Source: an uncultured Thermoleophilia bacterium (GTDB taxonomy: Bacteria; Actinomycetota; Thermoleophilia; Gaiellales; Gaiellaceae). Taken from it: DNA of 64,000 nt. The notes beneath the pieces were generated by a model. It searched no databases. It saw only the letters and a list, made by a program, of their open reading frames with translations, and was not told where the DNA came from. Shown one piece after another: positions 54,103 to 64,000 of the stretch; the stretch's first letter is position 1; each line of letters begins with the position of its first letter. The translations under genes were made by a program, and so were the position numbers. The stretch is taken from positions 1,592 through 65,591 of the forward strand of contig CAVQKS010000003.1 in NCBI GenBank assembly GCA_963713155.1, given 5' to 3'.

Positions 54103-55798
54103 CTACGTGAGTGTGTACTCGGGGCCGCTGCCGCCCTCCGGCGGGGTCAGGCGGCCGCCCTTGGCGGTGATCGCACCGCACTGGACGCAATTCGACGGCG
54201 CCAGGCGTACCTCCACGGTCCCGTTGCCGTCCGCCTCCCCCACCTCGTAAACCTGCGCCGGGCACATGTGCACCCAGAGCTCGGCCAGCTCCCGCGGGAC
54301 GCGCGTCTGCACGCGGATGTGATTGGGCTGATCGTCGCGCGTCCTGTTTCCGGACGCGAACACGCTCGAAAGCTTGTCGAACGTGAGGCGCCCGTCTGCG
54401 TGCGGATACAGCCGATCGCGCTCGGTCTTGATGATCGACTGCTCGGCGTCGCGCTCTGTATCGGCGTCGCCGGGAGGGAAGTGCCCCTTCGTGACCGTCA
54501 TCGCACTCGCCATCGCGCCGCCGACGTAGAAGCCGTGCCCGAACGCCTGCCGCATGTTGCGCACCTCATGCAGATCGCGCCAGATGAACGACGATCGGAT
54601 CGACTCGTCGTACGACGCCAGCGCACTCCGCATCGTCGTCCCGCGCTCGAGGGTGCGCCACGCCGCCTCGGCCGCGAGCCGCCCCGACTCGATCGCGTAG
54701 TGGATCCCCTTCAGCGCCGGCACGTTGACCAGCCCGACGCCGTCACCCGCCAGCAGGAGGCCGGGCGCATGGAACCGTTCCGGCAGAGCGACGAAGCCGC
54801 CCTCCGGGATCGTCTTCGCACCCCACTGAAGACGCTCGCCACCCTCGAGGAGCCGCCGGATGCGCGGATGCGTCTTGAGCTCCTGCAGAAGATCGTGGAC
54901 CGACAGCGCCGCATCGCGGTAATCGAGCCCGACGACCATCCCGATCGTGACGAGGTCATCCCCGAGCGGGTAGATGAACGACCCGCCGAATTCGCGGTAC
55001 TTGCCGCGCCCACGGAGCGGCCAGCCCATCGTGTGGATCGACGCGCGCGAGCGGACGCGCGACGCGCCACACCTCCTTGACGCCGAGGGCCCAGACCTGG
55101 GCGTTCGGACCCTGCAGCCCGAACCGTTCGAGCGCCGCGCTCGTCAGATGCCCCTGCGTCCCCTCGGCGAGGATGGTGACGCGCGCCGTCAGATCGGATC
55201 CGGGCTCGAAGTTCGGAAGCGGAACGCCGTTCCGGTCGCGTCCTCGGTCACCCGTTCGCACGCCGAGCACACGCCCGCCGTCGACGAGAAGCGAGTCGGC
55301 AACAGTCTCGGGCAGCACCGTGACGCCGAGCGCCTCTGCTTCCTCCGCGAGCCAGCTGCCGAGCTTCGACAGCGACGCGACGAAGTTGTGGTGATTGGCC
55401 ATCGTCGGCGGCGTCGGGATTCGGTACGCGTGCTTCCGCGTCATGAAGAGCACCGACTCCGCTTCCACCGGTCCCGCGAACGGGAACTCGTCGAGCCGCT
55501 TGCGATCCCCGAACAGCAACTGCAGCCCGCGCGGGTTCACGACCGCGCCCGAGAGCAGATGCGCGCCCGGCGCCTTCCCTTTCTCGAGAACCGCGACCGG
55601 AACGTCGCCGAGTCGCTCCGCCACCTCGGGGTTCTCCTCGATCAGCTGACCGAGCCTGATCGCAGCGGCAAGCCCGGCCGGACCCGCTCCGACGATCAGG
55701 AAGCCGACCTCGATCCGCTCGTCGACCGGATCGCTCGGCGGACGGAAGGCCTCGCCGACCGACCACGGCGGTGCGAAATCGGCCGGGCGAACGCTCAC
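54103..55798 (-). CDS. electron-transfer flavoprotein:quinone oxidoreductase (ETF-QO/FixC-FixX type), apparent frameshift near 55035-55042
   Basis: FAD motif VGFLIVGAGPAGLAAA in ORF 54956..55798. …HTMGWPLRG…GGSFIYP… and the ferredoxin-like C-terminus …CPAQVYE…NCVQCGAI… are in ORF 54103..55029. Confidence 0.88.
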
Positions 55799-56745
55799 GA
55801 TCGGCGGGAGCGGACGAGCTCGGTGAGCTTCGGGACGATCTCGTGCAAGTCACCCACAACGCCCAGGTCGGAGAACTCGAAGATCGGGGCATTCGGATCC
55901 TTGTTGATCGAGACGATCACGTTCGAGCCCTGCATGCCGACCTTGTGCTGGATCGCGCCGGAGATCCCGAGCGCGACGTACAGCTTCGGCGACACCGTCT
56001 TGCCGGTCTGCCCGACCTGCGCCGAGTACGGGTACCACCCAGCGTCGACGACCGCGCGGGTCGCGCCGACCGCGCCGCCGAGCGCCTGCGCGAGCCCTTC
56101 TGCAAGGGAGAAGCCCTCGGGCTGACCGAGACCACGCCCGCCCGCGACGATGACGTCTGCCTCCTCGATCGACGGGCCTTGCTGTTCCGCATGGGCCTGC
56201 TCGACCATCTCGGCGAGGAGCGAGAAGTCCTCGAGCTCGACCGTTGCTTCCTTCACCTCCGCGACCCCACCCGTCGGTGCGGCGTCGAATGTGCCGGCCC
56301 TGAACACCGCCAGCCGCGGGCCGCTCGCCCACCCGACGTCGACATAGACGCTGTCGGAGAGTGCAGGCCGCGTCCCGACGCCGTCCGCGCTCAGGTCGAC
56401 GAGATCCCAGTTAAGGCCGGCGTCGAGTCGCGCAGCCAGGCCGGCGGCCACGTCTGCGGCGAGCACCGACTGCGCGAACAAGACCGCGTCGAAGCCCTCG
56501 TCGCGCACGAGCTTGGCGATCACGTCGACGCGCGGCTGCGGCAGTGGAGCCGCGAGCCGCTCGTCGTCGGCGATCCAGACGGTCGTCGCGCCATGACTGC
56601 CCGCCTCCTCGACGAGCGAACGCACGCCCGTGCCGGCGAGCACACCTGCGACGTCGCCGCCGAGCGCCACCGCTTTTGCCAGCACGCCGAGCGAGCCCTT
56701 CTGGATCGCGCCGTCATGGTGCTCGAGGAAGACGAGGGTCTTCAC
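55795..56745 (-). CDS. etfA: electron transfer flavoprotein subunit alpha
   Basis: 316 aa from the GTG at 56745 (GTGA overlap). …VAGGRG…TRAVVDAGW…QVGQTGKTVSPKLYVALGISGAIQH…. Confidence 0.92.
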   Translation of the reverse strand: MKTLVFLEHHDGAIQKGSLGVLAKAVALGGDVAGVLAGTGVRSLVEEAGSHGATTVWIADDERLAAPLPQPRVDVIAKLVRDEGFDAVLFAQSVLAADVAAGLAARLDAGLNWDLVDLSADGVGTRPALSDSVYVDVGWASGPRLAVFRAGTFDAAPTGGVAEVKEATVELEDFSLLAEMVEQAHAEQQGPSIEEADVIVAGGRGLGQPEGFSLAEGLAQALGGAVGATRAVVDAGWYPYSAQVGQTGKTVSPKLYVALGISGAIQHKVGMQGSNVIVSINKDPNAPIFEFSDLGVVGDLHEIVPKLTELVRSRRS

Positions 56746-57503
56746 AGAAGCCTCCGCTCTGCGAGGAACTCGACAATCTGCTCGGCCGCCGTCCCGTCGT
56801 CCTCGATCCGCCGCGCCTCTCCGCGCGAGGGCGGCGGATTGAGCGCGAGCACGGTGGTGCGAGACTCGTCGAGCCCTCCGACATCCGCAGCGCCGAGCGT
56901 GTCCTGCGGCTTGCGCTTCGCGCCCATGATCCCCTTGAGTGACGGATAGCGCGGCGTGTTGATCGAGTCCGCGACGGCGACAACCGCCGGCAGCGGGAGT
57001 CGGAGCGTGTCGTAGCCGAACTCGGTCTGCCGCTTCCCGGTCAGCGAACCGCCCTCGACGGTGAGCTCGCTCACCTGCGAGACGATCGGACGCCGGAGCC
57101 GGTCGGCGACGGCCGCCCAGAGGCACGCGCCGCCGCCGTCGGCCGACTGCTGGCCGAAGAGCACGAGGTCCGCCGACTCGCGTTCGAGCGCACCGGCGAG
57201 CGCCTTGGCGGTGCCGAGCAGATCTGCGCCCTCGAAGGCTGCGTCGGAGACGAGCACGGCGCGGTCGGCTCCCATCGCCAGCGCCTTCCGCAACGCGTCG
57301 ACGGCGCGCTCCGGCCCGAGCGAGACGACAACGACCTCGCCTTCCCCGCCGGCCTCCTTGAGGACGAGCGCCTCCTCGATCGCGTAGGTGTCCCACTCCG
57401 AGATCGCGAGCTCACCCGAGCGGTCGAGGCGCTTCGTCGCCGGGTCGATGCGACGCCCCGACGCGGCGTCCGGAACGGCTTTCACGCAGACGGCGATCTT
57501 CAT
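56742..57503 (-). CDS. etfB: electron transfer flavoprotein subunit beta
   Basis: MKIAVCVKAVPD…LVLFGQQSADGG…. Confidence 0.92.
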   Translation of the reverse strand: MKIAVCVKAVPDAASGRRIDPATKRLDRSGELAISEWDTYAIEEALVLKEAGGEGEVVVVSLGPERAVDALRKALAMGADRAVLVSDAAFEGADLLGTAKALAGALERESADLVLFGQQSADGGGACLWAAVADRLRRPIVSQVSELTVEGGSLTGKRQTEFGYDTLRLPLPAVVAVADSINTPRYPSLKGIMGAKRKPQDTLGAADVGGLDESRTTVLALNPPPSRGEARRIEDDGTAAEQIVEFLAERRLL

Positions 57504-57544
57504 CGCGGCGAGACTCTACCCGCCGCACAGCAGGCGTTCGGCCG

Positions 57545-57940
57545 TTAGACGGCGACGCGCGACTGCAGGAAGTCGACGATCTCGGACGTCGGAGCTCCGG
57601 GCGTGAAGACCTCGGCGACGCCTTGCGCCTTGAGCGACGCGACATCGTCTGCCGGGATCGTGCCGCCGACGACGACCAGAACGTCATCGGCTCCGTCCGC
57701 GCGCAGGAGCTCGAGGATGCGAGGGACGAGCGTCATGTGAGCGCCGGACAGGATCGAGATCCCGACCGCGTCGGCGTCCTCCTGGATCGCCGTCTCCGCG
57801 ATCTGCTCCGGCGTCTGATGCAGGCCCGTGTAGATGACCTCCATTCCCGCGTCCCGCAGCGCCCGCGCGATGATCTTCGCCCCCCTGTCGTGGCCGTCGA
57901 GGCCCGGTTTGGCGATCACCACCCGGATCTTCGGCTGCAT
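57545..57940 (-). CDS. methylmalonyl-CoA mutase, separate cobalamin-binding subunit
   Basis: [35 protein letters not shown]… (DxHxxG B12-binding motif). Confidence 0.9.
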   Translation of the reverse strand: MQPKIRVVIAKPGLDGHDRGAKIIARALRDAGMEVIYTGLHQTPEQIAETAIQEDADAVGISILSGAHMTLVPRILELLRADGADDVLVVVGGTIPADDVASLKAQGVAEVFTPGAPTSEIVDFLQSRVAV

Positions 57941-58528
57941 CTACCGACCCGGATCGGTCGGGATCGGCGCCGTCCCGCGGGGTACCCAGCCGTCGACGAG
58001 CCACTTGCCGTCCTTCTTGACCAGGTCGACGAAGAAGTCGCGCCCGGCGTATCCCGGCGTCGTGAGGTAGAGCTCGACCTGCGCGCTCGTCGCGTAGGAC
58101 TTGTCGATCTTCATGTTCGCCGAGGTCTTGCTGGTGACCTTGTACGGGACGACGGCGATGTTGCCGGTCATGAACTGCTTGAGGGTCATGCCCTCGCGCA
58201 CACCCGGCCCCGAGATGCGGTACGCGACATCGAGATTCTTGCGCGCGACGGCCGTCTTCACGAACTTGGTTGCGACCAGCTGGGCGCGCGGATCGAACTT
58301 CACAGTCTTGGGCGGCTTCGGGGCCGCATACGTCACGCCCCAGCCCGCCGCGGCGTTCGGCGTGCCGTTGCTGCCGAAGCTGACCTGGAGGACGACGATG
58401 ACTGCCGCGATCACGGCCACCCCGGCGGCAATCGGCAGGGCGATCCGCCAGAAGCTCTCGCGCCGCCAGAACGGCGTGCGGGAGACACTGACATGGTCAG
58501 CGCGCAGCGGATCGGCGTGCGCTCTCAT
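57941..58528 (-). CDS. membrane-anchored hypothetical protein
   Basis: 195 aa. A single TM segment IALPIAAGVAVIAAVIVVLQV is followed by a roughly 140-aa extracytoplasmic domain ending …DFFVDLVKKDGKWLVDGW. Its stop abuts the start of the B12-subunit gene. Confidence 0.6.
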   Translation of the reverse strand: MRAHADPLRADHVSVSRTPFWRRESFWRIALPIAAGVAVIAAVIVVLQVSFGSNGTPNAAAGWGVTYAAPKPPKTVKFDPRAQLVATKFVKTAVARKNLDVAYRISGPGVREGMTLKQFMTGNIAVVPYKVTSKTSANMKIDKSYATSAQVELYLTTPGYAGRDFFVDLVKKDGKWLVDGWVPRGTAPIPTDPGR

Positions 58529-58600
58529 CTGCCTGAAGGTTAGACGGTACCGGCGGGCGTTTGTTGGCGCATCTGTGTCAAATGTGATGCGAAATTTGAT

Positions 58601-60207
58601 TCAAAAGACCGGTGTTTCGCGCCAGGTGCCCCAGGCCTGGCGGAGGACGTCGCACATCTCGCCGACGGTGGCGTACGCCTGGGCGGCTTCGATGATCGGG
58701 GCCATCAGGTTTCGCCCTTCGACCGAGGCGTCGGCGCCGAGCCGGGCGAGGGCGGCTTCGACCTGGGCCGAGTCGCGCCGGCCCCTGAGCGCCTGTACGC
58801 GGGCGGCTTGTTCGGCTTCGAGCCTCGGGTCGATCTTCAGGATCTCCGGCTCCGCCTCGTCGCTCTGCTGGTAGCGGTTGACGCCGACGATCACCCGCTG
58901 CCCTCGTTCGACCTCCGACTGGTAGCGGAACGACGCCTCGGCGATCTCGCGCTGGAAGAAGTTGTCCTTGATCGCCGCGACGACACCGCCGAGCGCTCGA
59001 TCCGGTCGAAGTACTCGTACGCCTGCCGCTCGAGCTCGTTCGTCAGCTGCTCCAGGTAGTAGGAGCCGCCCAGCGGGTCGGCCGTGTTCACCACCCCGGT
59101 CTCGTGCGCGATCACCTGCTGCGTCCGCAACGCCAACCGGACCGCGTCCTCCGTCGGCAACGCCAGCGCCTCATCGAACGAATTCGTGTGCAGCGACTGC
59201 GTGCCGCCCAACACCGCCGCCAGCGCCTCGATCGCCGTCCGCACGATGTTCACCTCCGGCTGCTGCGCCGTCAGCGACACACCCGCCGTCTGCGTGTGGA
59301 ACCGCATCAGCAGCGACCGCTCGTACCTCGCCCCGAACCGGTCCCGCAGCTCACGCGCCCAGATCCGCCGCGCCGCCCGGTACTTCGCGATCTCCTCGAA
59401 GAAATCGAGGTGCGCATTGAAGAAAAACGACAGCCGCGGCGCGAACTCGTCGACATCGAGCCCCCGCTCGACCGCCCACTCCACGTACGTGAACCCGTCC
59501 GCCAACGTGAACGCCAGCTCCTGCGCCGCCGTCGACCCCGCCTCCCGGATGTGGTAGCCCGAGATCGAGATCGGATGCCACAACGGCATCTCCGCAGCAC
59601 AGAACTCGACCATGTCCGTCACCAGCCGCATCGACGGCTCCGGCGGGAAGATGTACTCCTTCTGCGCGATGTACTCCTTCAGGATGTCCGTCTGGATCGT
59701 CCCGCGCAGCCGATCCCGCGGCACCCCCTGCTCCTCCCCCACACACAGATAGAACGCCAGCAGCATCGCCGCCGGCGAGTTGATCGTCATCGACGTCGAC
59801 ACCTCGCCCAGAGGGATCCCCGCGAACAACGTCTCCATGTCCTCGAGCGAGTCGACCGCCACCCCCTCCCGGCCGACCTCCCCGACCGAACGCGGATGGT
59901 CGGAGTCGAGCCCCATCAACGTCGGCATGTCGAACGCCGTCGACAACCCCGTCTGCCCATGCTCCAGCAGATACCGGAACCGCTCGTTCGTCTCCGCCGC
60001 CGTCCCGAACCCCGCGAACTGCCGCATCGTCCACAGCCGGCCCCGATACATCGACGGATACACCCCACGCGTGAACGGAAACACCCCCGGATCGGCCAAA
60101 TCGCGCTCGTAGTCCACCGACACGGACTCCGGCGACGACAGCGCCGGATTCTCCACCCCCGAAATCGTCGAGTGGAGCTCCCCGCCACGCTCCTCGCGCG
60201 TCGTCAT
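58601..60207 (-). CDS. methylmalonyl-CoA mutase, catalytic (large) subunit, apparent frameshift near 58988-58996
   Basis: …[26 protein letters not shown]…TAFDMPT… up to …AYEYFDRIE is in the frame of ORF 58891..60606. [24 protein letters not shown]…IVGVNRYQ…[10 protein letters not shown] is in ORF 58601..58894. Confidence 0.9.
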
Positions 60208-60773
60208 GCGCCCGGTTTCCACAACGGCTCGGCGCCCCCTGCGTTCGCTGCTCGGGCGAGAATGAACAGCAGGTCGCTCAGGCGGTTCAGATAGACGAGG
60301 GCGACAGGGTTGACGACCCGCTCCGTCCCCACCGCGAGCACCTCGCGCTCGACGCGGCGACAAACTGCGCGAGCGACGTGAAGCCGCGCGGCGACCTCGC
60401 TGCCACCCGGGATCACGAAGCTCTTGAGCTCGGGCAGCGATGCGTTCGCGTCGTCGCAGTCGTGCTCGAGCCGTTCGACCGATTGCGGCGTCATCCGCAG
60501 CCGGCCGTCGTTTTCCGCGAAGGGAACCGACAGATCCGCGCCCAGGTCGAACAGCTCGTTCTGGATGCGCGCGAGCCGGTCGTCGCCCGCGGCCGCCTGC
60601 GCCCACCCGACGACCGAGTTGAGCTCGTCGACGGCGCCGTAGGCGCGGAGCAGCGGGTCGAGCTTCGACACGCGCGATCCATCCCCGAGCGACGTCTCAC
60701 CACGGTCGCCGCCGCCCGTATAGATGCGCGTCAGCCGCACCGGCTCGTCGGGTGAGCGTGAACTAGGGCTCAT
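60204..60773 (-). CDS. ATP:cob(I)alamin adenosyltransferase, PduO type
   Basis: …[13 protein letters not shown]…YGAVDELNS…[12 protein letters not shown]…FVIPGG…RAVCRRVER…[10 protein letters not shown]. Confidence 0.9.
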   Translation of the reverse strand: MSPSSRSPDEPVRLTRIYTGGGDRGETSLGDGSRVSKLDPLLRAYGAVDELNSVVGWAQAAAGDDRLARIQNELFDLGADLSVPFAENDGRLRMTPQSVERLEHDCDDANASLPELKSFVIPGGSEVAARLHVARAVCRRVEREVLAVGTERVVNPVALVYLNRLSDLLFILARAANAGGAEPLWKPGA

Positions 60774-60837
60774 CCCCGCTCCAGCGCCGGCAAAGCCGGT
60801 GCCTCCGCTCCTTGGGAGCCTCCGTCGAGCCTACGGC

Positions 60838-61992
60838 TCATACCCGCTCCGCCGCGCGCTCACCGAGGATCTGGCGGGCGATCACGAGCCGCTGGATCTC
60901 GCTCGTCCCCTCGTAGATCTCGGTCACCTTCGCATCTCGGTAGTAGCGCTCGACGGGGAACTCCTTCGTGTAGCCGTAGCCGCCGAGCACCTGGATCGCC
61001 TCGGCAGTCTGGCGGCGCGCCGTCTCGGACGCGAACAGCTTCGCCTTCGCCCCGGCTTCGGTGTGCGGACGGCCGTTGGCCTTGAGCCAGGCGGCTCGCA
61101 GGACGAGGAGCCGCGCCGCGTCGATCTCCGTCGACATGTCGGCGAGCTTGTGCTGGATCGCCTGGTGGTCTGCGATCCGCCGTCCGAAAGTCTGCCGCTC
61201 CTGCGCATAGCGAAGGGCCACCTCATACCCGGCCTGTGCGATCCCCACCGCCTGCGCCGCGATGCCGATCCGGCCGCCGTCGAGAGTCGCCATCGCGATG
61301 CGGAATCCGTGGCCCTCGTCGCCGATCAGGCGGTCGTCGCCGACGACGACGTCCACGGAGATGTCGTTGGTGGCTGAGGAGTTCAGCCCGAGCTTCTCCT
61401 CGGTTCGCGTGATCGTCACGTCCTCGCCGTCGAGCGCGAAGGCCGAGATCCCTCGCGCCGACCGAGTCTCGGGATCGGTGCGGGCAAAGAGCAGCACGGT
61501 CCCGCCGAAGGCGGCGTTGGTAATCCACTGTTTGGCGCCGACCACATGCCAGCCGCCGTCGACGCGTTCGGCCCGCGTGACGATCGCGCCGGCGTCCGAC
61601 CCGGCGCCGGGCTCCGTCAGTGCGAAGCAGCCGATCCGCTCGCCTCGTGCAAGCGCCGGGACGAACCGAGCGCGCTGGTCGTCGGTGCCGAACTGCAGCA
61701 GCGGCATCGTGCACGCAGAGGTGTGGACCGCGACCGTGACGCCGACGCCGGCATCGGCGCGCGAGAGCTCCTCGAGCACGAGGATGTACGAGATGAAGTC
61801 CGCCCCGGCGCCGCCGTAGGCCTCGGGAACGCAAACGCCGAGCAGGCCGAGCTCACCCAGAGCCGTCAGGAGCGCACGCGGGAAGCCATGGTCGCGATCC
61901 CACGCCGAAGCGTTGGGCTCGATCTCGGCGCGCGCGAAATCGCGTGCAACGGCCTGAATCTCGCGCTGCTCGGCCGTCAGCTCGAAGTCCAC
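60838..61992 (-). CDS. acyl-CoA dehydrogenase
   Basis: …CFALTEPGAGSD…WITNA…QTFGRRIADHQAIQ…GGYGYTKEFPVERYYRDAKVTEIYEGTSEIQ. Confidence 0.93.
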   Translation of the reverse strand: MDFELTAEQREIQAVARDFARAEIEPNASAWDRDHGFPRALLTALGELGLLGVCVPEAYGGAGADFISYILVLEELSRADAGVGVTVAVHTSACTMPLLQFGTDDQRARFVPALARGERIGCFALTEPGAGSDAGAIVTRAERVDGGWHVVGAKQWITNAAFGGTVLLFARTDPETRSARGISAFALDGEDVTITRTEEKLGLNSSATNDISVDVVVGDDRLIGDEGHGFRIAMATLDGGRIGIAAQAVGIAQAGYEVALRYAQERQTFGRRIADHQAIQHKLADMSTEIDAARLLVLRAAWLKANGRPHTEAGAKAKLFASETARRQTAEAIQVLGGYGYTKEFPVERYYRDAKVTEIYEGTSEIQRLVIARQILGERAAERV

Positions 61993-62024
61993 ATCCGCAG
62001 CCTATCCCGGCCGCGGACGCTTCC

Positions 62025-62720
62025 TCACTTCGGCTCCGGCTCCAGTTTGTAGCCGACGCCGAACCGCGTCTGGATGAACGAGTGCCGCGGCGCGGGCCGA
62101 TCGATCTTCTGCCGGAGCCGCCGCACGAACACGTCGACAGTGCGGTCGCGATGCGTCTCGCGGCGTCCCCAGACTTTCTGCAGCAGCTCGTCACGGGTGA
62201 CGACGCGGCCGCGGTCGAGCGCGAGCGTGTAGAGGAGCTTGAACTCGGTCGGCGTAAGCCCGGCGCTCTCGCCTTCGACGAACGCCTGAACCTCGCGCGG
62301 ATCGATCCGGAGCTCCTCGATCTCGATCGCATCGCCGCGACGCTCTTCCGCCGGGCGAACACCTCTGCGGGCCGCGGCGCCGACACGTGCGACGAGCTCG
62401 CGCATCGAGAACGGCTTCACGAGGTAGTCGTCCGCGCCGATCTCGAGTGCATGGACGCGGTCGTGCTCCGTTCCGCGCGCAGAGACGACCACGATCGGCG
62501 TCCCGATCCCCTCCGACCTCGCCGTCTCGATCAGCTTCCAGCCGTCGAGCTCCGGCAGCATCAGGTCGAGCACGCAGACATCCGGGTTCTCGAAGCGCAA
62601 CCGCGCGAGGCCGAGCTCTCCCCGCCCGACCACCACGGGGTCGAATCCCGCTGCGCCGAGGTGGCGCGCCATCCCGTCCGCGATCACGGTGTCGTCTTCG
62701 ACGATCAGGACCCTGCTCAC
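62025..62720 (-). CDS. OmpR/PhoB-family response regulator
   Basis: Receiver domain (VLIVEDD…DLMLPELDG…KPF) plus winged-helix domain (…LTPTEFKLLYTL…GVGYKL). Confidence 0.92.
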   Translation of the reverse strand: MSRVLIVEDDTVIADGMARHLGAAGFDPVVVGRGELGLARLRFENPDVCVLDLMLPELDGWKLIETARSEGIGTPIVVVSARGTEHDRVHALEIGADDYLVKPFSMRELVARVGAAARRGVRPAEERRGDAIEIEELRIDPREVQAFVEGESAGLTPTEFKLLYTLALDRGRVVTRDELLQKVWGRRETHRDRTVDVFVRRLRQKIDRPAPRHSFIQTRFGVGYKLEPEPK

Positions 62721-62733
62721 GACGCCTACGATA

Positions 62734-63480
62734 GTGCGATCCCGCCTTTTGTTCGGGTTTCAGATTGGTGACGATTCGGTGACGACCAGATACGTGGACG
62801 ACCGCAGCTTCGATGAGTTGCGAACCGGTTTCACCGCGGCGGTCTCCCACGAGCTGCGCACACCGCTCGCCCGGATCATGGCGCTGCTCGACTCCGCCGA
62901 CCTCCCGGACGCCGACGTCCACGCCTTGATCGACCAGGCCCGCGCCGAGGTCGTGAATGCCGGAGAGCTGATCGACGAGATCCTCTTCCTGTCGGAGCTC
63001 GAGAGCGGCAAGGAGGTCGTCTCGCTCGGGCACACGAACGCCCTCCCGGTCCTCGAGCACGTCGCCCGCGAGCTCGAGGGGGCCGCGACGCGGGCCGGGG
63101 TCGAGCTCCGTGTCGAGGGTGACGTCGACGTCGACGTCCCGGTCCGGCCCCGCATGCTGAGGATGATCGCCGAGAACCTGGCCGAAAATGCAATCCGTTA
63201 CGCCGGCCACGGTTCGCGCTTCACCCTGTCGGTCTCACGCGACGGAAGCACCGCCGTCCTCACCGCCGACGACGACGGCGCCGGCGTCGATACCGAGACG
63301 CTCGGCCGTCTGTTCGAGCGCTTCTACCGCGGCGATGCCGCGCGAACGACCCGCGGCACGGGCCTCGGCCTGGCGATCGTGAAGCACGTCGTCACCGCGG
63401 CCGGCGGCGAGGTCGAGGCGAGCGGGTCGACCGGCGGCGGCCTGCAGGTGCGTTGCGCGTTTCCCGTCAGACGCGCGTGA
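62734..63480 (+). CDS. histidine kinase core (DHp + HATPase_c only; no TM, HAMP or sensor domain)
   Basis: H-box FTAAVSHELRTPL, N-box AENAIRY, G1 DDDGAGV, G2 GTGLGLAIV. The maximal ORF starts at 62689. Start candidates are 62734, 62749 and 62779, all no more than about 35 aa before the H-box. Confidence 0.8.
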   Translation: MRSRLLFGFQIGDDSVTTRYVDDRSFDELRTGFTAAVSHELRTPLARIMALLDSADLPDADVHALIDQARAEVVNAGELIDEILFLSELESGKEVVSLGHTNALPVLEHVARELEGAATRAGVELRVEGDVDVDVPVRPRMLRMIAENLAENAIRYAGHGSRFTLSVSRDGSTAVLTADDDGAGVDTETLGRLFERFYRGDAARTTRGTGLGLAIVKHVVTAAGGEVEASGSTGGGLQVRCAFPVRRA

Positions 63481-63510
63481 GAGGGGCCTGACCGCGAGGC
63501 CAGACCCCTC
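63481..63510. terminator. imperfect GC-rich hairpin between convergent kinase and pstS genes
   Basis: GAGGGG…CCCCTC outer stem with further partial pairing. It lies directly after the kinase stop and 16 nt from the pstS stop. Confidence 0.4.
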
Positions 63511-63525
63511 TGCACGAGTCCGGGT

Positions 63526-64000
63526 CTAGGTGTGGATGGTCTTGAGCGTCTTCTCCGCCGCGACGAGCACGGTCTTCACCGTGGACATCGGGGCGAAGGT
63601 GAGCTTGGCTGCGTACTTCGGGCCCTGACCTGCCGTCAGCGCCCAGAAGATCATCTTGCGCAGCTCGGCTGCGTGAGCCGTCTTCTGGTGAACGATCACG
63701 TACGTATAGGTGCTGATCGGGTACGCGAGCGCCGCCGACTTGGGCGGGTTGACGATGTGCATCTCGTTGTTCGCCGGCACCTTCGGGTAAGCGAGCGCAG
63801 CTGCCTCGATGCGGCGCAGGCTCGGGTAGAGGAACTTCCCGGCTGCGTTCTTCACCGCGGCGAACTTGATGTGGTTCGCGACCGCGTAGGCGACGTCGGT
63901 GTAGGCGATGCCGCCGTTCGTGCGCGAGACGACGCCCGCGACGCCCGAGTTCCCCTTGGCGCCGAGACCGGCCGGGAACGCCGGCTGAGTCGACACGCCG
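63526..64000 (-). CDS. pstS: phosphate ABC transporter substrate-binding protein PstS (3' part; gene continues past the window edge)
   Basis: …GNSGVAGVVSRTNGGIAYTDVAYA…YPISTYTYVIV…. The ORF is open to position 64000. Confidence 0.8.
   Translation of the reverse strand, partial: GVSTQPAFPAGLGAKGNSGVAGVVSRTNGGIAYTDVAYAVANHIKFAAVKNAAGKFLYPSLRRIEAAALAYPKVPANNEMHIVNPPKSAALAYPISTYTYVIVHQKTAHAAELRKMIFWALTAGQGPKYAAKLTFAPMSTVKTVLVAAEKTLKTIHT

Overview
High-GC (roughly 68-72% by eye, not computed) actinobacterial-type chromosomal segment with about 70 genes. All but two are on the minus strand; the exceptions are a RAYT-like tyrosine transposase and a sensor-less histidine kinase.

The content is mostly conserved housekeeping, in coordinate order:
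- a lower-GC accessory block (1-3840)
- ssrA (tmRNA), smpB, rnr, an S41 peptidase, ftsX, ftsE and prfB (with its classical programmed +1 frameshift)
- a polytopic membrane protein, a GNAT, secA, hpf and comF
- a nucleotidyltransferase, mtnA, ahcY and a MerR regulator
- a cell-envelope glycan cluster (cupin, NDP-sugar transferase, UDP-glucose dehydrogenase, LCP)
- metH
- an F1Fo ATP synthase operon
- wecA, upp, glyA, tsaC, prmC and prfA
- an OsmC-family protein, a DUF1385-type protein, rpmE, a threonine dehydratase and a TrmH-family methyltransferase
- ETF-QO, etfA, etfB, a split methylmalonyl-CoA mutase, a PduO-type adenosyltransferase and an acyl-CoA dehydrogenase
- an OmpR-type regulator, a truncated kinase and a partial pstS

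No rRNA, tRNA or CRISPR array was found.

Main observations:
1. The atp operon is split between atpG and atpD by a 7.5-kb co-oriented block. It carries a five-gene peptide ABC transporter, a small membrane protein and an orphan zf-HC2 anti-sigma-like gene.
2. That block contains a 217-bp MITE-like element with perfect 16-bp terminal inverted repeats and a TCA target duplication. It sits exactly on the oppF stop codon.
3. A lone, lower-GC RAYT gene lies on the opposite strand.
4. At least eight apparent single-site frameshifts occur in otherwise intact conserved genes, including secA, prfA and rnr. This most likely reflects consensus indel errors rather than real pseudogenes.
5. metH has a structured 198-nt leader.
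6. An MtnA/nucleotidyltransferase pair is translationally coupled.

I did not find a convincing wholly new multi-gene system. All family assignments come from reading the translated ORFs and motifs, not from database searches.
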